This document shows, piece by piece, positions 23,161 through 36,910 of a DNA stretch of 64,000 bases. Positions within the stretch are counted from its first letter, which is position 1. Each line of letters begins with the position of its first letter. Below the pieces are notes generated by a model that saw only the letters and a program-made list of their open reading frames with translations, was not told the DNA's origin and searched no databases. Position numbers and translations under genes: made by a program. This stretch comes from Carcharhinus longimanus (lineage: Eukaryota), in assembly GCA_030264375.1 (NCBI GenBank), contig JASCQW010000132.1, forward strand, positions 66,680,014 to 66,744,013, written 5' to 3'.

Positions 23161-24254
23161 GACAGCCCTTTCTGTTAGCCGAATTTGAGATGGTGGCTGG
23201 AGTTTTACTGCCCTGCCACCATAGGAATTGGAGTGGATAATAGGATAATTGACTCAGGTGGGATTTTACGGTTCCTGGATGAGCAAAGCAGTAAAATCCC
23301 ACTCAATGTCCCTGCATTACCGTGTGTGTGTGTGCACTTTATACCTGTGGGACACCAGCAGAAATCTACATCTAAGTGCCTCTCATTCTGGCTGTTGTCA
23401 ATACTGGAGAAGTTGACAAAGTCGATGCTTTGATAAACAATTCTGCTTATACATTTATGTGCAGCTCAACACCAAATCTTACAAGGATATATATTGTCTG
23501 GGTGCTGAAATGGTAGCTCAGACTGCAGCCTTTATGCAAATGGCAGCTTTCAAAGGGATTTGCAGTGTTGTCACGGCAATCTAGAAATCTGACCTCCAAT
23601 GGGTAATGTGGAAGCAGTCTATGGAGAATGAAGCTGTTGTTCTCTCTCGCAATGAGAGCATTGGTGCTGCCAGCACTTCTATTCTACCAGTGTCCTTGCT
23701 GTTGTCTGTTAGCCAGCCAGCCGAGGCTGCTATCACCCAAGCTGAGGTGCGGTCTGAATTTGTGATGCCTTAGACCTGAGTTACTTGAGGTTGTCGTGTA
23801 AAAGCATCTGTGGTGTCTTCCTATCTATCAGCAGCCTCCCACCAGATAGGCTTCAACCTCTGCAGTAGCTTTGCACAGACACACTCAAGCAAAGATTTGA
23901 AAGACAAGTAATAATGCAAAAGGGTGGCTAATTGACCTTTATGGTACGGTAAGGTTTAATTCATAAATTTGGTTTGGAACGTTTATTTAGTGGTGACTAT
24001 AATGTTTGCTTTGTGGTAGGCAGACAGTGATATAATCAGTGACTGAGGGAAGTTAAGGTGTGGGATTGTTGGTGAATGGGATATTGGGGTTGTACTTGCT
24101 GGTTATACAGTAATATGTTGATCATGGACAGCCTGGTTAGAATGGATCTGTTTTTGCTGTCTTCTCCCTTCTTTCCTCCATTTCTCTTCTTCCTGTCAGT
24201 TGTTTACTATGTGGCTGGGTGCCATTCAGGTGTAAAACAACGGTGGCAGGACAC

Positions 24255-25020
24255 AATAATAATTGCCACGGGGCATGCAATAGATCATCATGAATCTTGA
24301 CATGTGATCTGTTATACTACAGGGCAGCGATCCAGGTAGCAGAAGCATTGCTTCAGAACACCACCTTGATACATTCTCTGCTCTAACATGTTATGTGGGA
24401 CAGCTTGGCTTTCATTAAATACAAACTGTCCCCATGTGCACCCGTTGGGCACTGGAGTCATGTATCATGTCATCAAAGGATAGTATCTAGTATCCAGTAT
24501 CTTGTGTGTCATAGTTGCTCCAAGGCAGATGTAGCAGTGGACTATCACAGAATCAAGGTGCCATGACTGCTGTCAGGAAAGCGGGCTAAAATCTACAAGA
24601 TTCACTGCCTATGGTCACATACCAACTTGGACTGAGGAAGTAGAACCCTTCTTTGGTTGTAGTACACTTCAGAACTGATTTAAGTGCCTGAAAAGCAACA
24701 CGTGCAGTCAATGGTCTCTTGCAATCCTTGCAAAGCCAAGTGCTTGGTGTGTGTTTCTCTTTGACAAGTCAGCTGTCTTGGAATATAAAGACCCAGTGAT
24801 TTCCCTTCTGCAACCTTGCATAGCAAACTGAGATTTGTTGCAAGTATTGCCTGCTTCAAACAGGGAGGAGCCTGACAAATAAAAGTTCATGGCCATGTTC
24901 ATCTTCATAGGCATAGGCAACACTGCCCTCAGCCTGGAGCTGGAGTTGTGGTTATAGTGGATGGCATATTTCAGTGAGGAGATGCTTAATAATATGGAGA
25001 TGTCAGACATGTTATTCCTC
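24255..25020 (-). mobile_element. PIF/Harbinger transposase remnant
   Basis: Minus-strand peptides AVLPMPMKMNMAMNFYLSGS..AGNTCNKSQFAMQGCRREITGSLY, ALGFARIA, ARFPDSSHG, YPLMT.YMTPV..FNESQA, GVLKQCFCYLDR. These are HARBI1-like DDE motifs with stops and frameshifts. Confidence 0.8.
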
Positions 25021-25094
25021 ACTAAAGTTCAAATTGCTCTCTGTGGACCTTGAATAGATATGGCTCTTATGAGAATCCTTCTGAGAACATTCTG

Positions 25095-25830
25095 TGTTGT
25101 CATGAAGGCTGCCTTGGAGAATGCTTACCCGAAGATCAGAGGCTGAAATCAGTCACAGGCATTCAGTCTCTGATCTTTGGGTAAGTGTTCTTCACAACAC
25201 ATGATGATAACGCAGAATCACTGAGCAGAAACTGATAGCCAAGTTCCGCACATGAGGACGGCCTCAACCAGGATCTTGGGTTTATGTCACACTATATGTA
25301 ACCTCCATGACTTGCCTGGGCTTGCAAAATCTCACTAACTGTCCTGGCTGGAGACAATACACATCTCTTTAACCTGTGCTTNNNNNNNNNNNNNNNNNNN
25401 NNNNNNNNNNNNNNNNNNNNNNNNNNNNNNNNNNNNNNNNNNNNNNNNNNNNNNNNNNNNNNNNNNNNNNNNNNNNNNNNNGATCATCCTCAGCCATTTC
25501 TGCCAACTCCAGCATGATATAAAAATAACAAAATGGAGGAGAGAGTTCATGGTCTGATGTTGATGAACTCAATGAAGACAGTAAAGTGCCTAATCAGAAG
25601 ATGAGGTACTGTTCCTCCAGCTTGCATTGGGCTTCACTGGAAATTTGCAACAAGCTGAGGACAGAAATATGAGCACGAGAGCAAGATGGTGAATTGAAAT
25701 GACAAGCTGTCTGTGGGGAGAGAGAGGATAGAGTTAATGTTTGGAGTGTCATCCAGACTCAAAACATTGGCTCTACTCTCTCTCCACAAATGCTGTCAGA
25801 CCTGCAGAGATTTTCCTGTTTTTGTGGTAC
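25095..25830. mobile_element. Penelope-like fragments (endonuclease end, pLTR) around a gap
   Basis: 25160-25381 matches 43500-43690. Fold-back 25117-25147/25162-25192. GIY-YIG-like EAQCKLEEQYLIF on the minus strand at ~25590-25640. Confidence 0.75.
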
Positions 25831-26802
25831 ATCTTAACTGTAGGGACTCAGCTGAATGTTGCCATCTGCTGCCTGCCCATTTCTGGCAGCTAAGCAATGG
25901 AAACTGCTTACTGATACAAAGGGAAAGCTGCCAAGCTAACACTGGGGGGAATTTTCCCGTCCCGCCAGTCCACCACAGGAATCGTAGCAGGCGGGAGGCA
26001 GACCATGCAAAGGTCTGTTTACCTTGGGCAGGATTTTCCAGTTTTGGTGTGAGCGTGTCTGGGAAATCCCACCCTGGATGTCTTCAAAGACCTGTTGGGG
26101 TATGGAGACAAACTCCTGCTTCTTACTTCACTGGCTTCCTGACATCTTGGCCTGGTAGTGCCTCTGATAGTTATAAATCCACTGCCCATCATTGCAGACA
26201 CTGATTCACATTTATGAATGAGGTTCTCTGGAGTCTGGTGGGAGAGTCACTCACTGTCAAAAACTGCAGCTTTAAAATGGGCAATTGGTGAGAGATGGAA
26301 TAGAGATTGAATTGTTCCATTTTAACTGCCCTTCTGGCTCCTTTCCTACTCACTGGTCAAAGTTCAAATCCTTCTTAATTTCTTTCTATCTACGGGAGTT
26401 AGTTTCATGTGCGGTTTATGAAGTTTGAACTTTGAATTTGGCATCCGATGTTGTTCCAGACAATTAATTGCGTTATATACTGTTATGAATGTCTTATGAC
26501 ACTGAGCTTTTAGTGTCCATGGTAACATAAACCAGTTGTCTGATGGTCAGGATATCATTTTCTGAGGTTCTGATACAAACAAAGAAGGAATATATGTCAC
26601 CCTGGTGACTGCATGAAACAGTTCTGTATTCAGTGCCAATGCCATGGGACTGGCATTGGCCAACACTGCTACTCCACACGTGTGTCTGCAGGCTAAGGGC
26701 TGAGTTTGAAGCTGGATAAAAAAGAAATTCAAAAAAATCAATGGGCTTGTCAATTAGACACCACTGGCTCAAACCAACATTGTCTCCGTTTAGGGAGAAC
26801 TG

Positions 26803-27480
26803 GTGGCACAGTGGTAATCCTGAAACCCAGGCTAATGCTCTAGGGACATGGGTTCAAATCTCACCATGGCAGCTGGTAGAACTTTAAATCAGTTAATAAA
26901 GTTTGCAATGGAAAGTTGGTCTCAATAATGGCAGCCAAGAAACTGTCATCAGTAGTCCAAAGATGTTCAGATTAGGTGGATTGGCCATGGTAAATGCACA
27001 GGATTACAGCAACTGGGCTGGGGAGTGAGCCTAGGTCAAGTGCTCTTTGGGAGAGTTGGTGCCAGCGTGTTGAGCCAATTGGCATCCTTCTGCACTGGAG
27101 GGATCCTATGATTCTGAGTGTCATCAAAACACATTGGGCAGGCCTCCCGCAGTGTGTTTCTTGTGGTGGAAGGCAGCGTGCTATTGGCCAACGGCAGGAC
27201 TTTCTGGTCTGCAATGGGATTCCCAATTGACTCTACCCCATGCTGCCGGCAAACCCACGGTGCCGGTGCACCATTGGTGGAACCAGAAAATCCTGCCGGC
27301 GTGTTCTAACCATTGAGTTCACTCATGACATTTAGGGAAGGAAGCGTGTCATCTGAGTCTGACTTATATGTGACTCTAGATCCACAGTAACGTGGTTGCC
27401 ACCGAACTGTTCTCTGAAATGTCACTCAGTTCACGGGCAATGATGAATAGGGCCTTGCCAGTGACATGAAAGAATAGAAA
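26803..27480 (+). mobile_element. tRNA-derived SINE (second family) with nested V-SINE 3' half and MITE
   Basis: Head ggcacagtggtaatcc...gggttcaaatctcaccatggcag; resumes at ~27318 (gttcactcatgacatttagggaaggaa). Uninterrupted relative at 41705-42050. Confidence 0.75.
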
Positions 27481-30400
27481 AATAGCCTCAGGATTTGGAG
27501 AGCTGATTTAAAATTGGCAAGTTGTTTGGATAAGCAAGAGACTGGTTTATCTTTCTAAAACAGAACAATTGGTTTGAATAAAAGCTCAGTTCAAAGAGTT
27601 GTTTAGGTTCAGGGGTTTGGGGTTTCTGAATAATCAAAATAATGTAAAATAACACTTTATAAAGTGTAATAGTTAAACAGCTGAAATATAAAGTGAATTA
27701 CCTTGAGGACAAGGTAACAAAGACGATAAACTCTCAGCTTGCAATAATTACAGAAGCCAATTAAATCGGATATCGGTCCCCTGTGATATAGTGCTCTCTT
27801 GTGGCCAGGGCAAAGCACAACATCTAATGCACATTAAACTGCAACTGGGCAGTCACTAATTTTCTTGAAGTTTCTTCCACTCCACTGCTATCACTTTTGG
27901 GGGAAGCTCTATTTCCACAAACAAGAAAGACATTCTGATATACTTAGGGTGGTGAAGTGGAGGAAACCTTGAAGAATTTTAAGTTCTATGTAAAAGGTTA
28001 AAACAATAATTAACACGTACATGAAGCAGAATGTTGATAGGGCTAGAATTCGGACAGCCTTGTTTTATGGAGACCTAGGGTGACAATCTACAATTCACTC
28101 ACATCCATTTAGATTGAGGTGGATAACATGCAGAGTTCTGTGTGATTGTGATGTTAGCCTGTGCACCTCAAAGTTGCTGTCTGCTCCTATGTGCTGCCCA
28201 CAAGCACTGTGCAACAGAAGACCCCGGCAACATTGTTTGCAGTGAGGGGTCAATATATCCCTCTCCCCCAACCAATCTTTTGAGATATCCCCAATGCTAA
28301 TTTTTGACTTTCCAAGGCTATTTTTCTGGTTTTCAGGGGCTCCTTGAGGGTAAAGCCACAAAAAAACCCAGAAGACTCAATATAAGCCACCAAGAATCCA
28401 ACGACAATTAAACAATTTTCCTTCTTCCCCGACAATCCTCCAACCCCATCTTCTTCCTCCAGTGGCTAACATTAAACAAACTCAATCTGTAGAAGGTCCA
28501 ACTCCTCTGGATCAGCTGAACTTGTAACTTCCTGGACTTGAGCTTCTTCGGAACACCATTTTGGATTCAAAGATATATCTGTTTTTCTTTCCACAAATGC
28601 TAAGCATTTTCAGCATTTTCTGTTTTTATTTCAGATTTCCAGCACNNNNNNNNNNNNNNNNNNNNNNNNNNNNNNNNNNNNNNNNNNNNNNNNNNNNNNN
28701 NNNNNNNNNNNNNNNNNNNNNNNNNNNNNNNNNNNNNNNNNNNNNATTCAAAGATATATCTGTTTTTCTTTCCACAAATTCTAAGCATTTTCAGCATTTT
28801 CTGTTTTTATTTCAGATTTCCAGCACCCACAGGTTTTTGCTTTAATCTGGACAAATGATCCTCTATTTTAGGGTCGCTTATGTTGCCCAGTAATATGGAT
28901 TCATAGAATAATTGAGGTGGAGAAGGTTTTAAAGTTCAAAAGGAGCCATAAAGTGGTTTTATATCCCCAATGATACAGCAGTCATAAATGGCAATGGATG
29001 AGTCATTCAGACATGTTACGTTACAAATGTAGTTTAGGTATTTTGCTCGTGGCCTTTCCCATGCTGATCTATTTTACGGTCTCGTTCGAGCGAGATCGGA
29101 AGTGCCCGCCCGTGATCAATGGTCATTTCTGCTGTCCGCCCCTCGCTCACTCCGATTCCATAGCAGGCGGGGTGGTAGAATTCCGGCATACAGCTCTATC
29201 TCAAAGTAAAGGCTAGTAGAATAGCAGCTGTTGTTTTGCTTTTCATGTGTTGCTCATGCACTTTGAGTAAGTTAGATCCAGATGTAGGTAGCACAGCAAC
29301 AACTTGGATCACCAGATACAGGTGGAAGAATTCCTAGCACTTATCTCTTAAATACAATTGGGAAACAATGTTGGAAACATTTTTTTGCTGTTGTCTTCGA
29401 ATTCCTGGACCAGCCTCTTAGTGCTTCTCATGGAGTTAGATCAGCAGCAGATTTTAATAGTGACATTCTTTATTCACAGTCAGGTATGACATTTTCTGTA
29501 GACAGACTATGTTGTGCTATTTTCCTTTTACCAGACTTTCAAATAGCGAGTCATTTTGTTAAACAAGTAGCCACACTGCCACATGACCACACTTCAGCCC
29601 TCCGTAGCTTTCCATCATCATGCCAATATTAATATCTGAGTGAAGACATCAGCAACAGATAAGTTCATCTTTTGCTGTGTGACGAACCTGTAACACTAAC
29701 AAAGTGCCATGCCCTGCATTCCAGCAGTTGGGGGGGAATGGTGGTGGTGCTGGGTGGGTGCTGGGGGTTGCAGAGTTGAAAATATTGAATCATTTGCAGC
29801 ATTTCTCTGCAGTCCTGGGGATGAAAGAGTTAACAGGCAGACTTGATGTCACTCAGACCCAGCACCTGAGCCTCCTGTCTTTAGTCCGATTGAGTGGTTT
29901 GGTTGTTTCCTGGATGAGGAAACCTATCACTTATTGCCCACTCTTTAATATGGAAGATGTGTCCACTCTACATTGTGTCCTTTCTACACAATGATTATTC
30001 TATAAGGCAGCCTCATGAAGAGGAGGGGGGTCTTTAATATGGTCCTTTTTTCTCTGTTTCATGTTTCAAGAAATATTTGAAAGATGTTTTCTGAATATAT
30101 TTAAAAAATGTAATTATTTTGAAAATCTCAGTTTCATCTTGTGTGGATGTGATTGTGCAGGCTTTCTTGATTTCAGGCTCCAATATTACACAAGGATAAC
30201 AGTGACTAGATCTGACAATGGCTAATGAAGCGTTGAATGGCTACCATTTATTGGTCTGTGATATTATCTGCACAAGCAGTTGGCAGCAAAAATGTATTCA
30301 CCCGTTTCTTACTCCCCAAATTTACACAATTTCGCTCCCTATCGAGATCAAATTAACCAAAGCTGACACATTCTTAAATCTGGGGTATTGTGGGGAGGAA

Positions 30401-31194
30401 TGTAGGTACAAGTAGTGTAAGCTTGATATTCAGTGACAGGCATTTGAACATAAATTGCTCAATACGCCAAGCCACATAAACGACTGTTCAGCTTATCTAC
30501 CACTGCTGCAAATGAGAAATTTACTTAGAACCCTACTGATATTAAATGTGAATATATCCCAAAACCCAGAAGGGTAACTTGGCTTTTACTGGTGTATTGT
30601 GAGAAAAATATGAGAACCCAGGAGAAACAATCCAGTCCAGTGTGAACAATTAGTAAAGAATATTTATTCACTTAAAAGAGAAATAAACCACATGACAAGA
30701 AGGGCTACAATACATTGCAATATTTAATTACCCTGATGGCTGTACACATACTGTATGATATGAAACTACCCCTTGATTCCCAACTACCTATGTTCCCTGA
30801 ACTCTGAATGATATTATAAAGGGGAATTTAAACATACTTATTATATCAAAAATGATTTTTATTGAATAAAATAGCTGGTGTACTAATAGTTGAATTGATA
30901 GGTTAATTCACTCAGATATGATAAATGGATTTTATATCTGTCGCTCCAGAACTAAAACTTGTAAAACTTTGGGTGGAACTTTCATGCCCTGCTCACTATG
31001 GGATCATGCAATGGTCTGTGATCTTGTGCAGGATGTTCCCATCTTGAGGCCAATGTGGCCAGAAAATCCCGCCCCTAGAATCAGTCATCGAAACACTACC
31101 AACAAGATAGAGATGAAAAAAAATTCAGCGAATCCACCTCCTTTTTTCAATGATCATTTACAATTGATCCTGTCATAGACCCGATGAAATAATA

Positions 31195-31403
31195 AAAGCA
31201 AGATACTGTGGCTGCTGGAAATCTGAAATAAAAGCAGAAAACGCTGGATAAACTCAGCAGGTCTGTGGAGTAAAACAGAGTTCACGTTTCTGATCTAAAT
31301 GATCCTCCTTTGGAGCGTTCCATAGAAGAATCGTTTAGATCTGAAATGTTGTTTCTCTCCACAGATGCTGCCAGATTTAGCCAGTATTTTCTGTTCATAT
31401 TTT
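31195..31403. mobile_element. Palindromic Penelope-like terminal element
   Basis: Left arm ctggaaatctgaaataaaagcagaaaacgctggataaactcagcaggtctg...gtttctgatctaaatgat is inverted in the right arm atcgtttagatctgaaatgttg...ctccacagatgctgccag. Confidence 0.75.
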
Positions 31404-31589
31404 ACTGAAATAATGCATTGAAATTTGGCTTTGTGACTATCAGTTCATGGAAGCTCTACATTTCTGTTAAATTCCTTTGTCAATTTTCTTGAATACAGCC
31501 ACTAGTTAATTTATTTGAAAGGATTTGACTGTTTAAAATTTAGGTACATGTATCGAATGCTTCAAGTTCACAGAAGTTAATTTCAATTT

Positions 31590-31800
31590 GCAGGGTCTGT
31601 GGAATTCTTTGCCGCAGAAGGCTGTGGAGGCCAGGTTGTTGAGTGTCTCTAAGACAGAGATAGGTTCTTGATTAATAAGGGGATCCGGGGTTATGGGAAA
31701 AAGACAAGTGAATGGGGATGAGAAAAGATATCAGCATGATTGAATGGCGGAGCAGACTTGATGGGCTGAGTGGCCTAATTCTGCTCCTATGTCTTATGGT
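31590..31800 (+). mobile_element. CR1 LINE 3' end
   Basis: LWNSLPQKAVEA-like coding end, then tail gatgggctgagtggcctaattctgctcctatgtcttatgg. Confidence 0.85.
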
Positions 31801-32164
31801 TTTATGCACATCTCTGTAGAATTCTCCACAGCCCTGTGGATGCCCCAGCTAAACTCAGGAATACCAATCCAGGATTGACAACCCCACAAATTTATTCCCA
31901 GGTTTTGATATTCACAAGCCCCAACAGCAACAACCTGTTTGTTGGACTCATCAAGTTTATCCTTACAATTTTTTAGATCCCATATGCATATGGGAGAAGC
32001 TGCATTAAACTTTAAAACACTTTGAAAGAACACTGAAAAAGAATAATTTAGGTGCCATTTATATCTTATTCCATTTTCAGTGTGCTTAATCATTAAACTA
32101 AAGGTGCTCATAAGATTCTATCCTGTAGGTGGATTTGTACCCATGTTGATTGTAATTATTTTTA

Positions 32165-32520
32165 TTTTTTATTCATTCATGGGATCTGGGCATTTCTGGT
32201 TAGACTAGCATTTGTTCTCTATACCTTATTGTCCTTGAGAAGATGGTGGTGAACAGTCTTCTTGAACTGCTACAGTCACGATGTGTAGATACACCCATAG
32301 TGCTGTTAGAGAGAGAGTTCCAGGTTTTTGATCCAACCACAGTGAAGGAGTGGTGCTATAGTCCCAAGTTAGGATGGTAAATGGGGAGATTCCAGGCGGT
32401 GGTGCTTCCATATGTCTGCTTCTTTTGTCCTTCTAGATAGCAATGGTTGTGGGTTTGGAGGTGCTAAGGAGCCTTGGTCAGTTCCTGAAGTGCATCTTTC
32501 AGGTAGACACACTGACGCCA
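32165..32520 (-). mobile_element. LINE 3' tail (family of 3560-5313)
   Basis: Reverse match to 4960-5300. Confidence 0.75.
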
Positions 32521-33470
32521 CTCTGGGGGGTATTTTCCCATCCTGCCCACCATGGGGGGTGGAGTACGCAAATGTCTGTTGACCTCAGGCGGGACTTGCC
32601 GATTTTGGGGTGAGCGTGGCCGGAAAATCTTGACCTTGGTGATTGTTTGTGGATGGGGTGCCAACATAAGTTTAATATTTTTCTGGTTAAATATTTGGTT
32701 TACATCTGTTTTTTTTTTCAATTTAGCTAACCAGTGTGGAGGTTATCATCCAAGTTGGGGTAAATCTCAACATGGTTTGAACATTTTCTATTCATTTTGG
32801 GAAATAATGGAGTGCCGTTCTCCTTGGAATTATTCTCAATAAGAACAAGGATATTTCCAATAGCGGAAAGTAAGCTATTCAGCAATTAAGAATTCCTGCT
32901 TTAAGTTCAGGAAATGCTCTCGGGAAATGATTTACCCGGTAAAGGCAGCAAGCAAAATGTTTCAATTCAACAGAAACCCAAGTGATCCACATAAATCCTC
33001 AACATTGATTTTTCATATACTTGTGAAGTGAATCATAGAATTACAAAGGATTTTCTGAATACTAAAAAGCTTGGCCACTACCGAAATTTATTGATGTTGT
33101 TGCAAAAAATCAATAAGCTTTCCAAAATAGTTCAAGTGCTTGACTGCTACAAACGGTTCAATGATTCACTGCATAGAACTCGACAATAGGATTGATTTTA
33201 GTAATGGGAAAAAGAATTGGAATCCAACATAGATGTGTGAAAGAAAGCTCTTTATACAGGCAAAATACTGGCTTATAGCTCAGTATATCACCATACAGAC
33301 TATTTATTCACTTTTAAAGGAGATCTTGACAAATTGTACTGGATTTTGTGGTCCAGTGGTAGCACTGTAAGCAGCTACGATGGTGCCAGCTGAGATTGCA
33401 GCAAAGTGCTGGCACCATATTTAAAGAGCTGGCAGCCCTGCATTCACTGATGACAAGCACTGACAGTCCT

Positions 33471-33765
33471 CAAGGAGCCACTGCCCTCCTGTCCAGCCAG
33501 CACACAGGGAGCCACTGCCCTTCAGCTCAGACAGTCCACAGGGAGCCATTGCTCTCCTGTCTAGACATTCCTTAGGGAGCCACTGCCCTCCTGTCTAGAC
33601 AGTCCTCAGGGAGGGACTGCCCTCCTGTCTAGACAGTCTTCAAGAATCCTCCTGCCTAGACAGTCACCAAGGAACCACTGCCCTCCTGTCTAGGCAGTCA
33701 ACAAGGAGGCACTGCCTCCTCTTAGACATTCAGCAGGGAGCTGCTGCCTGCCTGGCTGATTGTCC
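33471..33765. repeat. 34-bp minisatellite, ~9 copies
   Basis: Unit cagggagccactgccctcctgtctagacagtcct starts at 33471, 33505, 33539, 33573, 33607, 33641, 33668, 33702 and 33734. Confidence 0.92.
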
Positions 33766-34659
33766 AAAGCTTGCCTGACAATCCTAAGGAAGCCTCTACC
33801 TGCTGGCCCACTGACTGTCCTCAGTCTGCCTGCCTGAAAATCTTGAGAGCTTATTGAGTCTGCCAAGGTGACTATTTCATCCCTCTTATCCCTTTGGGCA
33901 TCACACATGTTAAAGTGCAAGGATGCAGTTGGTGAGAGGTGCCTGACCATCTAGCTGGTGGCAATGAGGTCAAGCAGTAGCACACACTGGCAGAGGCATG
34001 ACTACATCTCAATAAGAGGCAGCCATCCTTCTTTGCCGACACCCACCAGGCTCCATGAAGTGATGCCACATATGAGGCTTTCCTGTGCCTCCTCATGGAT
34101 TGCTGGGCTTATACTAGGATAAGTGTCATGTTGTCTCCATGGAGAAACTAACAGTGTTCCTTTATGTGATTCCACAACAGCAAATAAAAGGCCAAGTGGA
34201 AGGGATGGTGTACTTTCTTAAAATGTATTTTTTCATGTAAGTGGGTGTTGCTGGCAAGGCCTTAATTGGAATCTTTTTGAAAGGGCACTGGGGTCACAGG
34301 AAATGACTCGTATTAGGGTATCCCAATCCTCCCTTATGCATATCTCATTGCTTCTTGCTTATGCTTCATGGGGTCTTTCATCTTGCACTGCTTTGTGTGG
34401 AGCCTCCCCAACACCCTTATCATTGGATAATGATCATGATGTGCAATGCACAGTAGACCACCCCTGTAGTAGCTGCCTCCTTTAAGGGGTGTACATTGGG
34501 AGGGTCAAGAGACCCATTCACCAAGTGAGGAATGAGCATGGGGATCTTGGTGCAGAGTATGGGTTTTTATAGCCAAAGTAGATCCTGGAAGTGTTAATGT
34601 CATGAAAGTGATCAGTATATTTATCTGCTGGTAAGTAAATCATTATAGTTTGTTATGCT

Positions 34660-35290
34660 GACTGGTGGTCACCAATGCTTGCAATTACTATAGTCATGGT
34701 ACACAAGATCCTGGCTGGGGCATCCTGAAGTATTTCACTCATTTGACTTGTACACCTGAATCGCATCTTTCAGAAACTAAGAGCTGCTTGATGGTTGCTT
34801 GACTTGCCCCATGGCAGGTGTTGTGTTTCTCCTCTGCATGGGAGTGGTGTTCGTCACTGGTGAAAATAGACACATCTTCAGCGGATAGCCTTTATCTCCC
34901 AGTATCCATCCCTGAAAGTCCCTGAGAATGGAATGACAGTTACAGCATTTGGAACTGCCACTTATATGTTTCTCAAGAAGCAGGTACATGACTGAAAGAT
35001 CTATTTTCAGTGGTCGTAGACTAGTTATATATTAGGCCAGTGGATGTCCTTCCTTAGGAGACTTGATGGTCATATATAAATTCATTGATACCTTAAACTT
35101 AAGGGAATCCAGTAAAGGCATCAAATCCAATGGACCTTTCCATCTGACTCTCCAGGTTAATGCAGTATTGCACATTGTCACCAGCTCTCTCCTGAACATG
35201 TCATTAGTCACATCCTGGATGCAAGAATGGGCCACAGACTGAGAGATTCCTCATACATCCTCAGTGGATCCCTGGACAAATCTGACCCAC
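34660..35290 (-). mobile_element. PIF/Harbinger transposase remnant
   Basis: QGSTEDV.GISQSVAHSCIQDVTNDMFRR, GWILGDKGYPLKMCLFSPV and KMRFRC motifs. Confidence 0.82.
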
Positions 35291-35429
35291 CCCATCAGTC
35301 CACTCTCGACCACAAAAAAATGATAGATGTTTTTATTGACAGGACTATTATGTGGTATTTACGCTGCAATAGCCTGCTTATTGATGCCTGAGGCCACTCC
35401 ACTCAACTCCTAATTTTATAACAACTGTT

Positions 35430-36290
35430 GTTCAATCCTGGACAAAAGAGCTGAGCTTAAGAGGTGAAGTGAGAGTGACTGCTCTTGATATCAAGGCAGA
35501 TTTGACGAGAGTGTGGCAACAAGGAGCCCTAGCGAAACTAGAGTCAAGAGGAATTGGGGGGAACCCTCCACTGGCTGCAGTCATACCTAGCACATTGGAA
35601 GATGGTTGTGGCTGTTGGAGGTCAATCATCTCAGTTCCAGGACATCACTGTAAGAGTTCCTCAGGGTAGTGTCCTAGGCTCAACCATTTTCAGCTGCTTC
35701 ATCAGCAACCTTCCTTCCATCATTAGATCAGAAATGGGAGTGTTCACTGATGATTGGACAATCTTAGATGCCGTTCATAACTCGTCAGATAGTAAAGCAG
35801 TATAAGCAGCAAAATCTGGACAAGAGTTTGCACACTCCCCTATGTCTGCATGGGTTTTCCTCCCATACTCCAAACTTGTGTGGGTTAGGTGGATGGGCCA
35901 TTGCCCCTTAGTGTCATGGGGACTAGAAGCGTAAATATATGTGGGGTTACATGGATAAAGCCTGGATGGGTTTGTTGTTGGTGCAGGCTTGATGGGTCAA
36001 ACGTTCTGCACTCGAGCGATCCTATGATTCTGTGAATATTCAGGCTTAGGCTGATAAGTGGCAAATAATATTCACACCACACAAATTGCAGGCAATGACC
36101 ATCAATAACAAGAGAGAATCAACCATCTCTCCTTGGCATTCCATGACATTATCATTATTGAATCCCCCACATCTTGGGTATTGACCATTGACAAGAAACT
36201 GAATTGAACTAGCCATGTAGGTCAGAGATTGCGAATTCTGCAGTTAATAACTCATCTCCTGACACCCCACAACCTGCCCGTCATCGACAA
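35430..36290 (+). mobile_element. CR1/L2-group LINE RT fragment with a V-SINE inserted at ~35825-36032
   Basis: VRVTALDIKADLTRVWQQGALAKLES; VPQGSVLGSTIFSCFISNLP..FTDD. Confidence 0.85.
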
Positions 36291-36569
36291 GAGTTAACAT
36301 TTGTATTAAGTTCAGGAAATCCCTTCTGCAATCTCCCCAATTTCAGAACAGGATACCACCACCATTCACAAAGCAAGCAAGACAACTCTGAAGAATGACT
36401 AAATTTAATCCAGTAAGATGAAGGACAGAAAGCTACTGATATAGCCCTATTCCTCATATGGTACAGGTCCTCGATTAAGTACTAAATTATGAAATCCACA
36501 TGTACTTAACCGCTCGTAATGTAGTAATGGTGTATTCATTTGTGATTTAAACGTAATTTTCATTCAAGG

Positions 36570-36910
36570 ACAGCATGGTGGCATGGTGGTTAGCAATGCT
36601 GCCTGACAGCACAAGGGAACCGGGATAAATTCTGACCTTGGATGTCTGTGTGGAGTTTGCACATTCTCGTTGTGTCTGCGTGCGTTTTCTCTGGGTGCTC
36701 CAGTTTCCTCCCACATTCGAAAGATGTGCGGGTTAGGTTGATTGACCATGTTAACTTGTCCCTTAGTGTCCCAATATGTGTAGTTTAGGAGGATTAGTAG
36801 CATAAATACATGGGGCTACAGGGATCGGGCCTGGGTAAGATACTCTGTCAGAGAGTTAGTGCAGGTTTGGTGGGATGAATGGCCTCCTTCTGTACTTTAG
36901 AGATTCAATG
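36570..36910 (+). mobile_element. V-SINE, full length
   Basis: tRNA head, V-core and CR1-like tail. Confidence 0.9.

Noticed and set aside
28565-28826. 81-bp duplication on both sides of a 100-N gap
   Set aside because: The copies differ by one base and flank a placeholder gap, so this is most likely an unmerged contig overlap (allelic), not a real tandem repeat.
33471-33765. CRISPR-like periodicity
   Set aside because: Head-to-tail units with no unique spacers, no cas genes, and a eukaryotic context.
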